64,000 bases of DNA from Pseudomonadota bacterium (GCA_040388555.1 JAZKBP010000027.1:20463-84462), one strand, 5' to 3'; numbered from the stretch's first letter, positions 9,801-18,651 are shown. Notes: generated by a model from the sequence alone, not told the origin. Program-made: numbers and translations.

Positions 9801-10769
9801 TCAGGCGGGCGCGATCCAGCGCGCGAAGGCGGCCAGGTCGACGTTGCCGCCGCTGACGAGCACGCCCACCCGCTTGCCCTCGAGCGGCAGCACCCGCGCC
9901 AGCGCCGCCGCCGCCGCCAGACAACCGGTCGGCTCGACCACCATCTTCATGCGCTCGGCGAAAAAGCGCATGGTGTCGATGAGCTGGGCGTCCGACACCG
10001 TGACGATGTCGGCCACGTAGCTTTGCATCACGGCGAAATTGTGGGCGCCCACATGCGTGACCTTGGCCCCGTCGGCGATCGTGTCGGGCACGGCGATGCG
10101 CACCACTTCGCCCTTGCGCAGCGATTGCTGGCCATCGTTGCCCAATTCCGGCTCCACCCCGATCACCTGGCATTGCGGGCTCAAGCCTGAGGCGGCCAGG
10201 GCGCTGCCGGCCAGCAGGCCGCCGCCACCCAGGCACACCAGCAGCACGTCGAGCTGGCCGACGTCGTTGAACAATTCGCGCGCCGCCGTGCCCTGGCCGC
10301 AGATCACGTCCGGATGGTCGTAGGGCGGAATGAGGGTCATGCCGCGCTCCTGCGCCAGGCGCTGGCCGATCTGCTCGCGGTCTTCCTTGTAGCGGTCGTA
10401 CAGCACGACCTCGCCGCCGTACTCGCGCGTGGCCTGCACTTTTTGCGGCGGCGCGTCGTGCGGCATGATGATGGTCGAGCGCATGCCCATCAGGGACGCC
10501 GAGAGCGCGATCGCCTGCGCGTGGTTGCCCGAGGAGTAGGTGAGCACGCCGGCGCGGCGCTGTCCCTCGTCAAAGCGCGCCAGCGCGTTGTAGGCGCCGC
10601 GGAACTTGAAGGCGCCCATGCGCTGGAAATTCTCGCACTTGAAGAACAGCTGGGCGCCGCTCATCGCATTCGCAGTGCGCGAGGTGAGCACCGGTGTGCG
10701 GTGGGCCGCGCCCTCGATGCGGGCGGCGGCTTGTTCGATGTCGCGGTAATGCAGTGGCGTCTGGCCCAT
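9801..10769 (-). CDS. fold-type II PLP enzyme, threonine/serine dehydratase family (serine racemase / hydroxyaspartate ammonia-lyase-like)
   Basis: FKCENFQRMGAFKFRGA (PLP lysine context), SSGNHAQA, and the glycine loop GGGGL. Confidence 0.85.
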   Translation of the reverse strand: MGQTPLHYRDIEQAAARIEGAAHRTPVLTSRTANAMSGAQLFFKCENFQRMGAFKFRGAYNALARFDEGQRRAGVLTYSSGNHAQAIALSASLMGMRSTIIMPHDAPPQKVQATREYGGEVVLYDRYKEDREQIGQRLAQERGMTLIPPYDHPDVICGQGTAARELFNDVGQLDVLLVCLGGGGLLAGSALAASGLSPQCQVIGVEPELGNDGQQSLRKGEVVRIAVPDTIADGAKVTHVGAHNFAVMQSYVADIVTVSDAQLIDTMRFFAERMKMVVEPTGCLAAAAALARVLPLEGKRVGVLVSGGNVDLAAFARWIAPA

Positions 10770-10826
10770 GGTGTGCCTCGTGTGTGCAAGGTGTCGAGCC
10801 CACAGTATAGCCCGCTACGCCGCCCT

Positions 10827-12179
10827 CTACGCGGGAGGCAGCGCGATCAGGATCTGCAAGCCGCCGCCGACCCGGTTTTTCACCAAGAGCTCGCCCTGGT
10901 GGCGCGCCACTACGCGCTCGACGATGGCCAGTCCCAGGCCGGCCCCGTTGGCCTGCCCGCGCGCGCTGTCGAGACGGGTGAAGGGTTTGAGCAAGCCGGC
11001 GATCTGCGCGTCCGGCACGCCCGCGCCGTGGTCTTGCAGTTCGATCACTACGCGCGCGCCGCCCGCGCCATGGCGCAACTGGCAGCGCAGGTCGATTTCG
11101 CTCACCTCCTGGCCGGGCGTCTTGCCGTAGCGGCGCGCGTTCTCGACCAGGTTGGCCAGCACGCGGCGCAATTCGGTGGCGTTGCCCAGCACATGCAGGG
11201 CGGGCGCGATGTCGCTCGTCACCCGCAGGCTAGGCACGCGCGCCGCCTCGTGCGCCGCCTCGCCCACCAGGGCGCTCAGGTCAAGCGGGAGGAAATTGGC
11301 CGCGTCGCTCGGCTTGGCGAAGTCGAGGAACTGGCCGATGATGGCGTCCATCTGCGCGATATCGGATTGCATGCCTTCGCGCGCCTCCTGCGCCAGGTTG
11401 GCCATTTCGATTTCCAGCTGCATGCGCGCGAGCGGCGTGCGCAAGTCGTGCGAGATGCCGGCCAGGACCAGGGCGCGGTCGGACTCGACGCGCTGCAAAT
11501 CGTCCACCATCTGGTTGAAGCTGCGGTTGGCCTCGATGATTTCGGTCGAGCCTTTTTCGGGCAGGGCTTGCGGGCGCCGGCCTTGGGCGATCTCGCGCGC
11601 GGCCGCCGTCAGGCGCGCCAGCGGCAGGTTGACCAGGCTCGAGATGAGCACCGCGCCCAGCAGCGAAAACATGCCCGCCAGGCTGGCCCAGCCGAGCCAC
11701 TGGGCGCCGCTCAAGCCTTCAATGCGCTCGCGTTCCAACATCAGCCAGTACTGGTCGTCGTCGATGGTGAAGCTGACCCAGAATCCTGCTTGGCCATTCA
11801 CGCGCCCGGAAAAGCGGGTGTCCGCGCCCAGCCGGTCTTTGACGATGCGCTCGATGTCGGGCATCAAGGGGTAGTCCGGCGCCGGGTCGACCGTGTCGGT
11901 GCTCTCGAGCAGGAATACGCGGATGCCTTCGCGGCTGACCAGGTCGAACAGCAGCTCCTTGGCCAGCTCCGGGCGCATATGGCGTAGCGCTGCCTTGGTG
12001 ATGGTCACCACCGACACCACCAGCTCGGCCGTCTGCTGGGCTTGCGGACCGCGCTGGGCGGCGCTGATCATGCCGACCCAGGACGCCGTCGATAGCGCCG
12101 TCAGGATGGCCAGTAGCACGAAGGTGCGCCAAAACAGGCCGCCCTTGAGCCGGCCCAGGCGGGTCGCGATCGACGTCAT
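10827..12179 (-). CDS. envZ: osmolarity-type sensor histidine kinase EnvZ
   Basis: TM-periplasmic-TM-HAMP layout, H-box AGISHDLRTPLARM, ATP-binding boxes NARRYG, DHGAGV and GAGLGLAIV. It starts 4 nt downstream of ompR. Confidence 0.85.
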   Translation of the reverse strand: MTSIATRLGRLKGGLFWRTFVLLAILTALSTASWVGMISAAQRGPQAQQTAELVVSVVTITKAALRHMRPELAKELLFDLVSREGIRVFLLESTDTVDPAPDYPLMPDIERIVKDRLGADTRFSGRVNGQAGFWVSFTIDDDQYWLMLERERIEGLSGAQWLGWASLAGMFSLLGAVLISSLVNLPLARLTAAAREIAQGRRPQALPEKGSTEIIEANRSFNQMVDDLQRVESDRALVLAGISHDLRTPLARMQLEIEMANLAQEAREGMQSDIAQMDAIIGQFLDFAKPSDAANFLPLDLSALVGEAAHEAARVPSLRVTSDIAPALHVLGNATELRRVLANLVENARRYGKTPGQEVSEIDLRCQLRHGAGGARVVIELQDHGAGVPDAQIAGLLKPFTRLDSARGQANGAGLGLAIVERVVARHQGELLVKNRVGGGLQILIALPPA

Positions 12180-12183
12180 CGCG

Positions 12184-12957
12184 TCAGCGCGGCTGGCCTT
12201 CGGGGATGAACACGTAGCCCAGGCCCCACACGGTCTGGATGTACAGCGGCGAGGAAGGGTCCGGTTCGATCAGCTTGCGCAGGCGCGAAATCTGCACGTC
12301 CAGGCTGCGGTCGAACACCTCGTATTCGCGTCCGCGCGCCAATTCCATCAGTTTTTCGCGCGACAAGGGCTGGCGCGCGTGGCGCGCGAACACCTTGAGG
12401 ACGGAGAATTCGCCCGTTGTCAGCGGCACCGTCTCGCCGTTTTTCTTGAGCGTGCGGGTGGCCAGGTCGAGCACGAACTGGCCGAACTCGAAGCTTTGCG
12501 GGGTTTCGGACGGCGCGCCCGGGATTTCGTCGGGGCCGCGCCGGCGCAGCACGGCGCCGATGCGCGCGACCAGCTCGCGCGGGTTGAAGGGCTTGGGCAG
12601 GTAGTCGTCGGCGCCCATTTCCAGGCCCACGATGCGGTCCACGTCCTCGCCCTTGGCCGTCAACATGATGATCGGGGTCTGGTCGCCGGCCCCGCGCAGG
12701 CGCCGGCAAATCGACAAGCCGTCCTCGCCCGGCAGCATCAGGTCAAGGACCAGCAGGTCGTAGCGCTCGCGCAGCCACAGCTTGTTCATGGCCGGCGCGC
12801 TGTCGGCGGTGACGACGGTGAAGCCTTGTTCGGCCAGATAGCGGCGCAACAGGTCGCGCAGGCGCACGTCGTCGTCGACGACCATGATGCGCGCGCCGTG
12901 GCCGCCGCCTGGGGCGCTTGCGGAATGGTTGGAATTGGTGGACGATGGCATGGTCAT
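12184..12957 (-). CDS. ompR: response regulator OmpR
   Basis: The C-terminus ...LARGREYEVFDRSLDVQISRLRKLIEPDPSSPLYIQTVWGLGYVF closely mirrors the E. coli OmpR sequence as I recall it. Receiver motif VVDDD...DLMLPGEDG is present. Confidence 0.9.
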   Translation of the reverse strand: MTMPSSTNSNHSASAPGGGHGARIMVVDDDVRLRDLLRRYLAEQGFTVVTADSAPAMNKLWLRERYDLLVLDLMLPGEDGLSICRRLRGAGDQTPIIMLTAKGEDVDRIVGLEMGADDYLPKPFNPRELVARIGAVLRRRGPDEIPGAPSETPQSFEFGQFVLDLATRTLKKNGETVPLTTGEFSVLKVFARHARQPLSREKLMELARGREYEVFDRSLDVQISRLRKLIEPDPSSPLYIQTVWGLGYVFIPEGQPR

Positions 12958-13166
12958 AGGCTTATCGGGTTTGTCAGCACGGGTTTGTCAGCAATTGCTC
13001 GCTATGGTAGCGTCATAACGCGCGCACATGCCCCCTGTTGGCAAGGCATTACATACTGTTACAATCTTTACCCATTTCCCCTTATCGCCAGGGGGGATTG
13101 GACATACACTTGGGGCAAGCGGAATAAAGCTTATCTGTTTACCAGGCATCGCGAAAGAGGAACACA

Positions 13167-13568
13167 ATGAAAATCGGGCTCACCAGGATGGACGCGAAGG
13201 CCGGCATGCCGCGCAGCGCCGCTCATGCGCTGGTGCGTCCGCTGTTCGTGTCCGTGCTGCTCGCCTGCGCCGGGATGTCCGGCGCGCTGGCCGGCGAGGG
13301 CAAGGACAAGCCGCACGCGCAGCAGCGCGAGCAGCGCGCCGAAATGCGCGTCGAGCGGCAGGCCGAGGCGCGCGCCGAGCGTCAGGCTGAACGTCAAGCC
13401 CAACAGCAACAACAGCGGGGCGCCGAAGGCCGCCCGGCGGACGGGCGGGGTCTGCCCATGCAGGGCGAACGCGGCCACAACCGCCTGACCCCGGACGAGC
13501 GGCGCGACTTGCGCCGCCAAATCAACGAAGCGGGCCAGGATATCTACAACCGCTCGCCGCGCCGCTAG
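13167..13568 (+). CDS. secreted low-complexity (Arg/Glu/Gln-rich) small protein
   Basis: AAAGAGGAA Shine-Dalgarno, signal-like LFVSVLLACAGMSGALA, ERQAE repeats, and a C-terminal RLTPDERRDLRRQINEAG. Confidence 0.6.
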   Translation: MKIGLTRMDAKAGMPRSAAHALVRPLFVSVLLACAGMSGALAGEGKDKPHAQQREQRAEMRVERQAEARAERQAERQAQQQQQRGAEGRPADGRGLPMQGERGHNRLTPDERRDLRRQINEAGQDIYNRSPRR

Positions 13569-13776
13569 GCGCGCTGGCCGGCCCCGGCTTCACTTTCCCC
13601 ACCATTTGCCGCTAATACCCTTAGGCAGGCGTGCGCCCGCGAGGCGTCAATGTCACACTAATTGACGGGAACAGTGTAATTGTCCAGCGCGTCATGTTAC
13701 GCTACGTTAATTAATGACAGATGGTGTACTTTGTTTATCAAAACTACAAATCTGATGCCAAACTCCGGAGCCGCGC

Positions 13777-15654
13777 GTGGCCACTGAAACCGCTGCCAGT
13801 GCCCCCAGCGCGCCGCAAACCTTTGGCGCGACTGCCTGCATCATCCGGCGCGATGATGGGGTGTTTGTCGATCCAATGGCATTGGGCCAAGTGTTCCAGG
13901 CCGCGGTCAACGATGTATTTTTCAGCAATCAATATTTCTCCAAGCTCGATTACGCCGTCTTCGTCAAGATCCTCTACGATTGCGGTCCCAGCCTGCCGCG
14001 CTCGACGACCGGCGAAGCCTTGATCCGGCTGGCCGCCGACGTGCTGCCCTTCAAGCCCGAGCGGCGCGCCCTGTACAAGGCGGTCAAGCTCAATCATGGC
14101 GAAGCCGAGTATTACTTCGAGCAAGTCTACCTGGCCGACCCGGACAATCCGGACGGCAGCGGCACCCCGACGGTGCTCAAGTTCGATGAATTCGTGGCCG
14201 ACATGTGGATGAAGGGGGTGCGCTTCGGGATCGACGCGGTCGGGGTGCGCAACGCCATCTCCTCGGGGCGGACCGAGCGCGTGCTGGTGGCGCGCCGGCT
14301 CGACGCGGCGCCGGGCGTGAACGCCTCCATCATCGAAGTGTCGGACCATCTGCACCGCAGCGACGCGCCGCGCATGCTGGCCAACGGCAAGCTCGACCTG
14401 ATGGCTTACCAGAACCGCTTTCCACAGATCGACAAGGGCGAGCGCCTGCTCAAGAAGGTGCCGCGTTCGGCCGGCACGCTCGGCTTCGAGCTGGCCGGCA
14501 CCCCGATCGAGCCGCCCATTCCCAGCGACATCGAACTGGGGCCCATGGCCGGGGCCGGCACGGTGATCGACATCACGGGCGAAGGCGAATTCCTGGTGTC
14601 GCAAAAGGCGGGTTTTTTGAGCATCGACGCGGGCAGCGGCCAGCTGTCGGTGGAAGACAAGATCATCAGCCGCGAGGGCGTCAGTTCGCGCACCACCGGC
14701 AATTTGCAGCTCACTGGCGACTACGAGGAATATGGCGAGGTGCAGGAGAAGCGGGTGCTCGAGGGCGAGAACATCACCATCCATGCCGACGTGTTTGGCA
14801 ACATCATCTCGCGCGGCGGCACCATTTTGCTCAACCATAACCTGGTGGGCGGCACCGCGCACAACGCCAAGGGCGACATCACGGTCAAGGGCATCGCCTC
14901 GAGCGCGGTGCTGCAGACCAGCGAGGGCACCATCACGCTCGAGCGCGCCGAGAGCTGCACCATCTCGGCCACGCGCGTGAAGATCGACCACGCCACCAAT
15001 TGCGAGATCATCGCCGACGAAGTGACGATCACCGTGGCCGAGGGCTGCGCGGTGGCCGCGCGCAAGGTGTCGATCGAGGCGGCCGGCCCGCGCAAGCAAA
15101 GTGAGATGCTGGTCTATGTGCTGCTGCCCGACAGCAGCAAGATCGACGAGGTGATGGACCAGGTGTCGGCCCGGGTGGACGAGTTCGGCGGCCTGGTCGA
15201 AAAGCGCAAGCTGGAAATGGACACCCTGACCAATATGCCGGACGTGCGCAAGTACATCATGCTCGCCTCCAAGGTGCGCAAGAAGGAATTGGTGCTCACG
15301 CCCGAACAGCTGCCCCAGTTCCAGAAGATGGCGCTGGCGGTGGGGCCGGCGCTCAAGGCCATCACCAAGGTCTCGCTCGACCTGAAGGCGGCCGAGACCG
15401 AGCAGCAGGCGGGCAAGGCCATGCTGGCGCAGTTGGCGCAGCAAAAGAAGGACAGCGGCGGCGGTGGCCAGGTCGAATTGCGCGCGGTGTCGGGCGACAC
15501 CCTGGTGCGCACCATGAAGTTCCACGCCGACGGCAAGAGCGTGTACGACATGCAGTCCAAGGACATCAAGGCTTACCTGCGCGGCAGTTCGGTGGGCGGC
15601 GACATCATCTTTTCCGGCAGCGGCGGCAAGGTCGAGTGGAGCTTCGACGCCTAG
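13777..15654 (+). CDS. FapA-like (DUF342-type) protein
   Basis: 625 aa, GTG start with GGAG 6 nt upstream. The centre is a repetitive beta-helix-like region (GENITIHADVFGNIISRGGTILLNHNLVGGTAHNAKGDITVKG...) and the tail is a coiled coil. I recall this architecture for FapA/DUF342 proteins. Confidence 0.85.
   Translation: MATETAASAPSAPQTFGATACIIRRDDGVFVDPMALGQVFQAAVNDVFFSNQYFSKLDYAVFVKILYDCGPSLPRSTTGEALIRLAADVLPFKPERRALYKAVKLNHGEAEYYFEQVYLADPDNPDGSGTPTVLKFDEFVADMWMKGVRFGIDAVGVRNAISSGRTERVLVARRLDAAPGVNASIIEVSDHLHRSDAPRMLANGKLDLMAYQNRFPQIDKGERLLKKVPRSAGTLGFELAGTPIEPPIPSDIELGPMAGAGTVIDITGEGEFLVSQKAGFLSIDAGSGQLSVEDKIISREGVSSRTTGNLQLTGDYEEYGEVQEKRVLEGENITIHADVFGNIISRGGTILLNHNLVGGTAHNAKGDITVKGIASSAVLQTSEGTITLERAESCTISATRVKIDHATNCEIIADEVTITVAEGCAVAARKVSIEAAGPRKQSEMLVYVLLPDSSKIDEVMDQVSARVDEFGGLVEKRKLEMDTLTNMPDVRKYIMLASKVRKKELVLTPEQLPQFQKMALAVGPALKAITKVSLDLKAAETEQQAGKAMLAQLAQQKKDSGGGGQVELRAVSGDTLVRTMKFHADGKSVYDMQSKDIKAYLRGSSVGGDIIFSGSGGKVEWSFDA
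15277..15652 (+). repeat. direct repeat copy 1 (3' end of the fapA-like gene)
   Basis: Aligned by eye to 16558..16933. Of 376 nt, the only differences are at 15282-15283, 15298 and 15316. Identity ends inside the stop codon (TAG here, TGA in copy 2). Confidence 0.95.
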
Positions 15655-15886
15655 CTTCATGCGACGAAACTTCTCAGATGTAGCGCCTTGATTGATTCGG
15701 AAAGGCCTATGACGAAGTGCGCGGAAGAATCAGGCTAGTTGCACAAAGTGGTCCCTCGGCCCACGCAACCAAGACGAGATTCAAAGGGGCGCGGGCGGCA
15801 CGGCTATCGCGGCCATGAGTCCATCGCCGTGCATTGTAATGCAAACGCAATTTCGCCGACCCAGCAAGTCCCAGGATAACTGTTGT

Positions 15887-16099
15887 CTATTTGAATTTAG
15901 TAAACTCTGTATCAATAGCACGTCCCGCCAGAAACTGCATGAATGTGTCTAAGTTGGCAACAATGCATCCAAAGGCAAGAAAAATAAAGGAACATACAAT
16001 TAGCTCTTCTTTGTCAATTTTCCCAATGGAAAAAAGAAGAGCGGAAACTGCTACGGACATGCAAAAAATTATGATATATAGCGCAAACGCCTTGTTCAT
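15887..16099 (-). CDS. small membrane protein, candidate immunity protein
   Basis: 70 aa with hydrophobic segments (FALYIIIFCMSVAVSALLF, LIVCSFIFLAFGCIVA). It lies 84 nt downstream of the bacteriocin-like gene on the same strand. The Shine-Dalgarno is weak. Confidence 0.5.
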   Translation of the reverse strand: MNKAFALYIIIFCMSVAVSALLFSIGKIDKEELIVCSFIFLAFGCIVANLDTFMQFLAGRAIDTEFTKFK

Positions 16100-16183
16100 A
16101 GCAGTTCTCGAAGGTTTTAATATTTGATATGGGAACGCGAAGTAGCTAAAATTGCGCCCGGCAAACCGGACGCTATCGGACTC

Positions 16184-16393
16184 TTAGTCGGTACCCACCG
16201 CGATTGCGACGCCAGACGCGGCAATTGAAGCACCAAGAGCAACGGCGCCGACGACAGCAGTAGGAATTACCAGGCAGACTGCAACACCAACACCCAACAG
16301 TGTGCACGCAACGGCAAGTGCGCCACCATAGATGGCGTCTTTACTAATGCCGCCACTGACACTGTCGATTTCCATCAAGTCCATTTCTTGCAT
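16184..16393 (-). CDS. class II bacteriocin / class IIa microcin-like precursor with double-glycine leader
   Basis: ATG at 16393 with GGAG 6 nt upstream. The leader is MQEMDLMEIDSVSGG (M-12, E-8, I-7, V-4, G-2, G-1). The 54-aa core is Gly/Ala/Val-rich with two Cys. Confidence 0.7.
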   Translation of the reverse strand: MQEMDLMEIDSVSGGISKDAIYGGALAVACTLLGVGVAVCLVIPTAVVGAVALGASIAASGVAIAVGTD

Positions 16394-16421
16394 TAATAAC
16401 TCCAAACGTTTCTAGTTGTTG

Positions 16422-16438
16422 TACTGTGAATTACAGTA
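16422..16438. promoter_or_regulatory. candidate operator palindrome TACTGT-N5-ACAGTA upstream of the bacteriocin-like gene
   Basis: Perfect 6-bp arms lying 29-45 nt upstream of the ATG in AT-rich DNA. Confidence 0.3.
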
Positions 16439-16557
16439 AGAACAGTATCGCATAGAAAAATAATCAATGCAAATATATCTACTTTAAATAATAATTAGTA
16501 TGATAATTATGGCAGCTATCATGGCGTGCTCGTGCCAACGAATGCGCCACGTATGAA

Positions 16558-16935
16558 CGCAATTAGGAATTGGTGCTCGCGCCCGAACAGCTGCCCGAGT
16601 TCCAGAAGATGGCGCTGGCGGTGGGGCCGGCGCTCAAGGCCATCACCAAGGTCTCGCTCGACCTGAAGGCGGCCGAGACCGAGCAGCAGGCGGGCAAGGC
16701 CATGCTGGCGCAGTTGGCGCAGCAAAAGAAGGACAGCGGCGGCGGTGGCCAGGTCGAATTGCGCGCGGTGTCGGGCGACACCCTGGTGCGCACCATGAAG
16801 TTCCACGCCGACGGCAAGAGCGTGTACGACATGCAGTCCAAGGACATCAAGGCTTACCTGCGCGGCAGTTCGGTGGGCGGCGACATCATCTTTTCCGGCA
16901 GCGGCGGCAAGGTCGAGTGGAGCTTCGACGCCTGA
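16558..16935 (+). pseudogene. orphan 3' fragment of the fapA-like gene (direct repeat copy 2)
   Basis: Encodes the same last ~121 residues as 13777..15654 apart from T->A and Q->E changes. It is preceded by an in-frame TAG (16564-16566) and by unrelated AT-rich DNA. Confidence 0.85.
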
Positions 16936-17003
16936 TCCAGCCGGCTCGGCCGTTCTGGCCGCTTGGACCACGCTAGCGTCGCCGGCGTCGTCCGCCTCTC
17001 ACC

Positions 17004-17402
17004 TCAGTCATGCACTTTCGCGCGGTTGGCCTTGAGCTGACCGTGCGCGTTCTTGCCGTCGAGGCGTTTGCGCTGCGAACTGCGGGTGGGGCGGGTGGCG
17101 CGGCGGGTGGCGGGCAGCACGGCGGCGCGTTCGATGATCTCTTGCAGGCGCTGCAAGGCGTCGGCCTTGTTTTGCTCGAGGCTGCGCGACTGCTGGGCCT
17201 TGAGCACCACCACGCCCTCGCGCGTGATGCGGGTGTCGCGCAGGGCCAGCAGGCGCCCTTTGACTTCGTCCGGCAGCGAAGAAGCGGGAATGTCAAAGCG
17301 CAGATGCACCGCGCACGAGACCTTGTTGACGTTTTGCCCGCCCGGCCCCTGGGCCCGGATGGCGATGAATTGGACTTCCTGCGCCAGTGCCTCGGGCGTC
17401 AC
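17004..17402 (-). CDS. arfB: alternative ribosome-rescue factor ArfB (peptidyl-tRNA hydrolase)
   Basis: Contains GPGGQNVNKV (GGQ motif) and a basic C-terminal tail. The GTG start at 17402 overlaps the upstream stop (GTGA). The longer track ORF 17004..17738 would overlap the HDOD gene. Confidence 0.85.
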   Translation of the reverse strand: MTPEALAQEVQFIAIRAQGPGGQNVNKVSCAVHLRFDIPASSLPDEVKGRLLALRDTRITREGVVVLKAQQSRSLEQNKADALQRLQEIIERAAVLPATRRATRPTRSSQRKRLDGKNAHGQLKANRAKVHD

Positions 17403-18481
17403 GAGAGGGCGGCCGACCCGGCTTGCGGATGCTCGGCGTCGGCGTCGTGCAGCTCGGCCCCCTCGACGGCGTCGAGCCCGTGGTAGCAATCCAGCGCCGA
17501 CTTCGACAAACCCTTGAACAGGCGGGTGTCGCCCTCGGCCAGGCGCGCCTGCTCGACCAGGATGCGCGTCTTGCTCAGATAGTCCGACAGCGACAGCAGG
17601 GTGCCCAGCGGCGACATGGTCACGCCCTTGCGCATGCTGCCCTGTTCGCCGATGGCGACGGTGACCGCTGGCGAGAAATTCCATTCGCGCCCGATATTGC
17701 AGGTCAGGGTGCGCGCGTCGCGCAGCAGGCTGGCGCAAAACATGGCCGAGCCGAGCTGCTTGCCATCCTTGGCCACCTGGTCCATCGTGCGCAGCGTGAC
17801 GATCAAGCCCACATGCTGGACCAGACCGGCCAGGAAGGCTTCGAAGGGATCGATCCCCATTTCCTCGGCCAGGGTGCGCATGGCCACGGCGCAGCGCTCG
17901 GACTGGTCCCAGATGCGCGGCGCCAGGGTGCGTGTGAAGACGCCGGAATTCATATCGATGATGGGGCGGAAAGCGACGCCCGTGATCAGCTGGCGCAAGC
18001 CTTCCTGGCCGATCACCATCACCGCGTGCTCGACGCTGGTGATGGTCACGCCGGTGCCCAGCAGGGAGCTGTTGGCCAGGCGGATCACGGCCGCCACCAG
18101 CACCACGTCGTGCGAGATGGTGCGCGAGAGCTGGGCCGAGGAGAAGTTATCGCTGCGCAGGCTTTGCAGCAGCTGGGGAATCAGGCCGGGCAGGCGCCGC
18201 ACCATGGTTGACGATTGCTGCGACTTGACGGCCGCGGCCAGGGTATCGAGGACCTGGGTTTCGAGCGGGTTGGTGTCGAGATCCGATTCGTCCTGGGCGT
18301 CGAACAGCCAGTTGTAGTAGTTCGAGTTGACGTTGTCTTTTTGCTCGAAGGAGACGCCGCGCGGGGCGCTTGCAGGCTCGCTAGCGGCGGGCGTGGCCGG
18401 CGTCATCGCGGGCGCGGCTGGCGGCTGGGGAGCTGGCGTGGACGGGGAACCGGAAAACAGACGCTGCAGCCATTGATACAT
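17399..18481 (-). CDS. HDOD domain-containing signalling protein
   Basis: Pro/Ala-rich N-terminus followed by an HDOD-type helical domain (...VAAVIRLANSSLLG...). The start is MYQWLQRLF with GGAG 8 nt upstream. Confidence 0.75.
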   Translation of the reverse strand: MYQWLQRLFSGSPSTPAPQPPAAPAMTPATPAASEPASAPRGVSFEQKDNVNSNYYNWLFDAQDESDLDTNPLETQVLDTLAAAVKSQQSSTMVRRLPGLIPQLLQSLRSDNFSSAQLSRTISHDVVLVAAVIRLANSSLLGTGVTITSVEHAVMVIGQEGLRQLITGVAFRPIIDMNSGVFTRTLAPRIWDQSERCAVAMRTLAEEMGIDPFEAFLAGLVQHVGLIVTLRTMDQVAKDGKQLGSAMFCASLLRDARTLTCNIGREWNFSPAVTVAIGEQGSMRKGVTMSPLGTLLSLSDYLSKTRILVEQARLAEGDTRLFKGLSKSALDCYHGLDAVEGAELHDADAEHPQAGSAALS

Positions 18482-18651
18482 CGTAAATCTCCAGGTGGAA
18501 GTACGTGGTAGGCGGTGCTGCACCATGAGCAATCCATTGTATCGCCTTCTCGCTTGTTTGCAAGTGAAGGCAAAGCTTGATGGCACGCAATGGGGTGGGC
18601 GGGCGCGCGACTTAGGATGGGATTTCGGGTTTTCGCGACGAAAGGAACAGC

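Larger units (their letters stand above)
15653..16557. mobile_element. AT-rich inserted cassette (bacteriocin-like peptide + small membrane ORF), no recombinase
   Basis: Lines counted at 15961, 16021 and 16441 give 33%, 35% and 20% G+C, against 63% at 15421. The segment lies between the two repeat copies. Confidence 0.7.

Noticed and set aside
13744-15660. 638-aa minus-strand ORF covering the whole fapA-like gene, with similar long antisense ORFs elsewhere (e.g. 858..1715, 1667..2620, 5395..6846, 10314..11987, 19193..21040, 28453..30093, 30024..31742, 33485..34771, 35079..36341, 41866..43209, 53228..55078, 62524..63597)
   Set aside because: Their products are Arg/Ala/Gly/His-rich low-complexity strings without motifs. 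Each lies exactly opposite a gene with clear family signatures. Such shadow ORFs are expected in ~63% G+C DNA, where stop codons are rare.
16422-16438. Canonical LexA SOS box upstream of the bacteriocin-like gene
   Set aside because: The half-sites match, but the spacing is CTGT-N5-ACAG instead of CTGT-N8-ACAG. I keep it only as a generic operator candidate.
16519-16971. 150-aa minus-strand ORF (and 16563..16850) over the orphan fapA fragment
   Set aside because: It is the same antisense shadow as at 13744..15660, simply duplicated with the repeat. It is not an independent gene.
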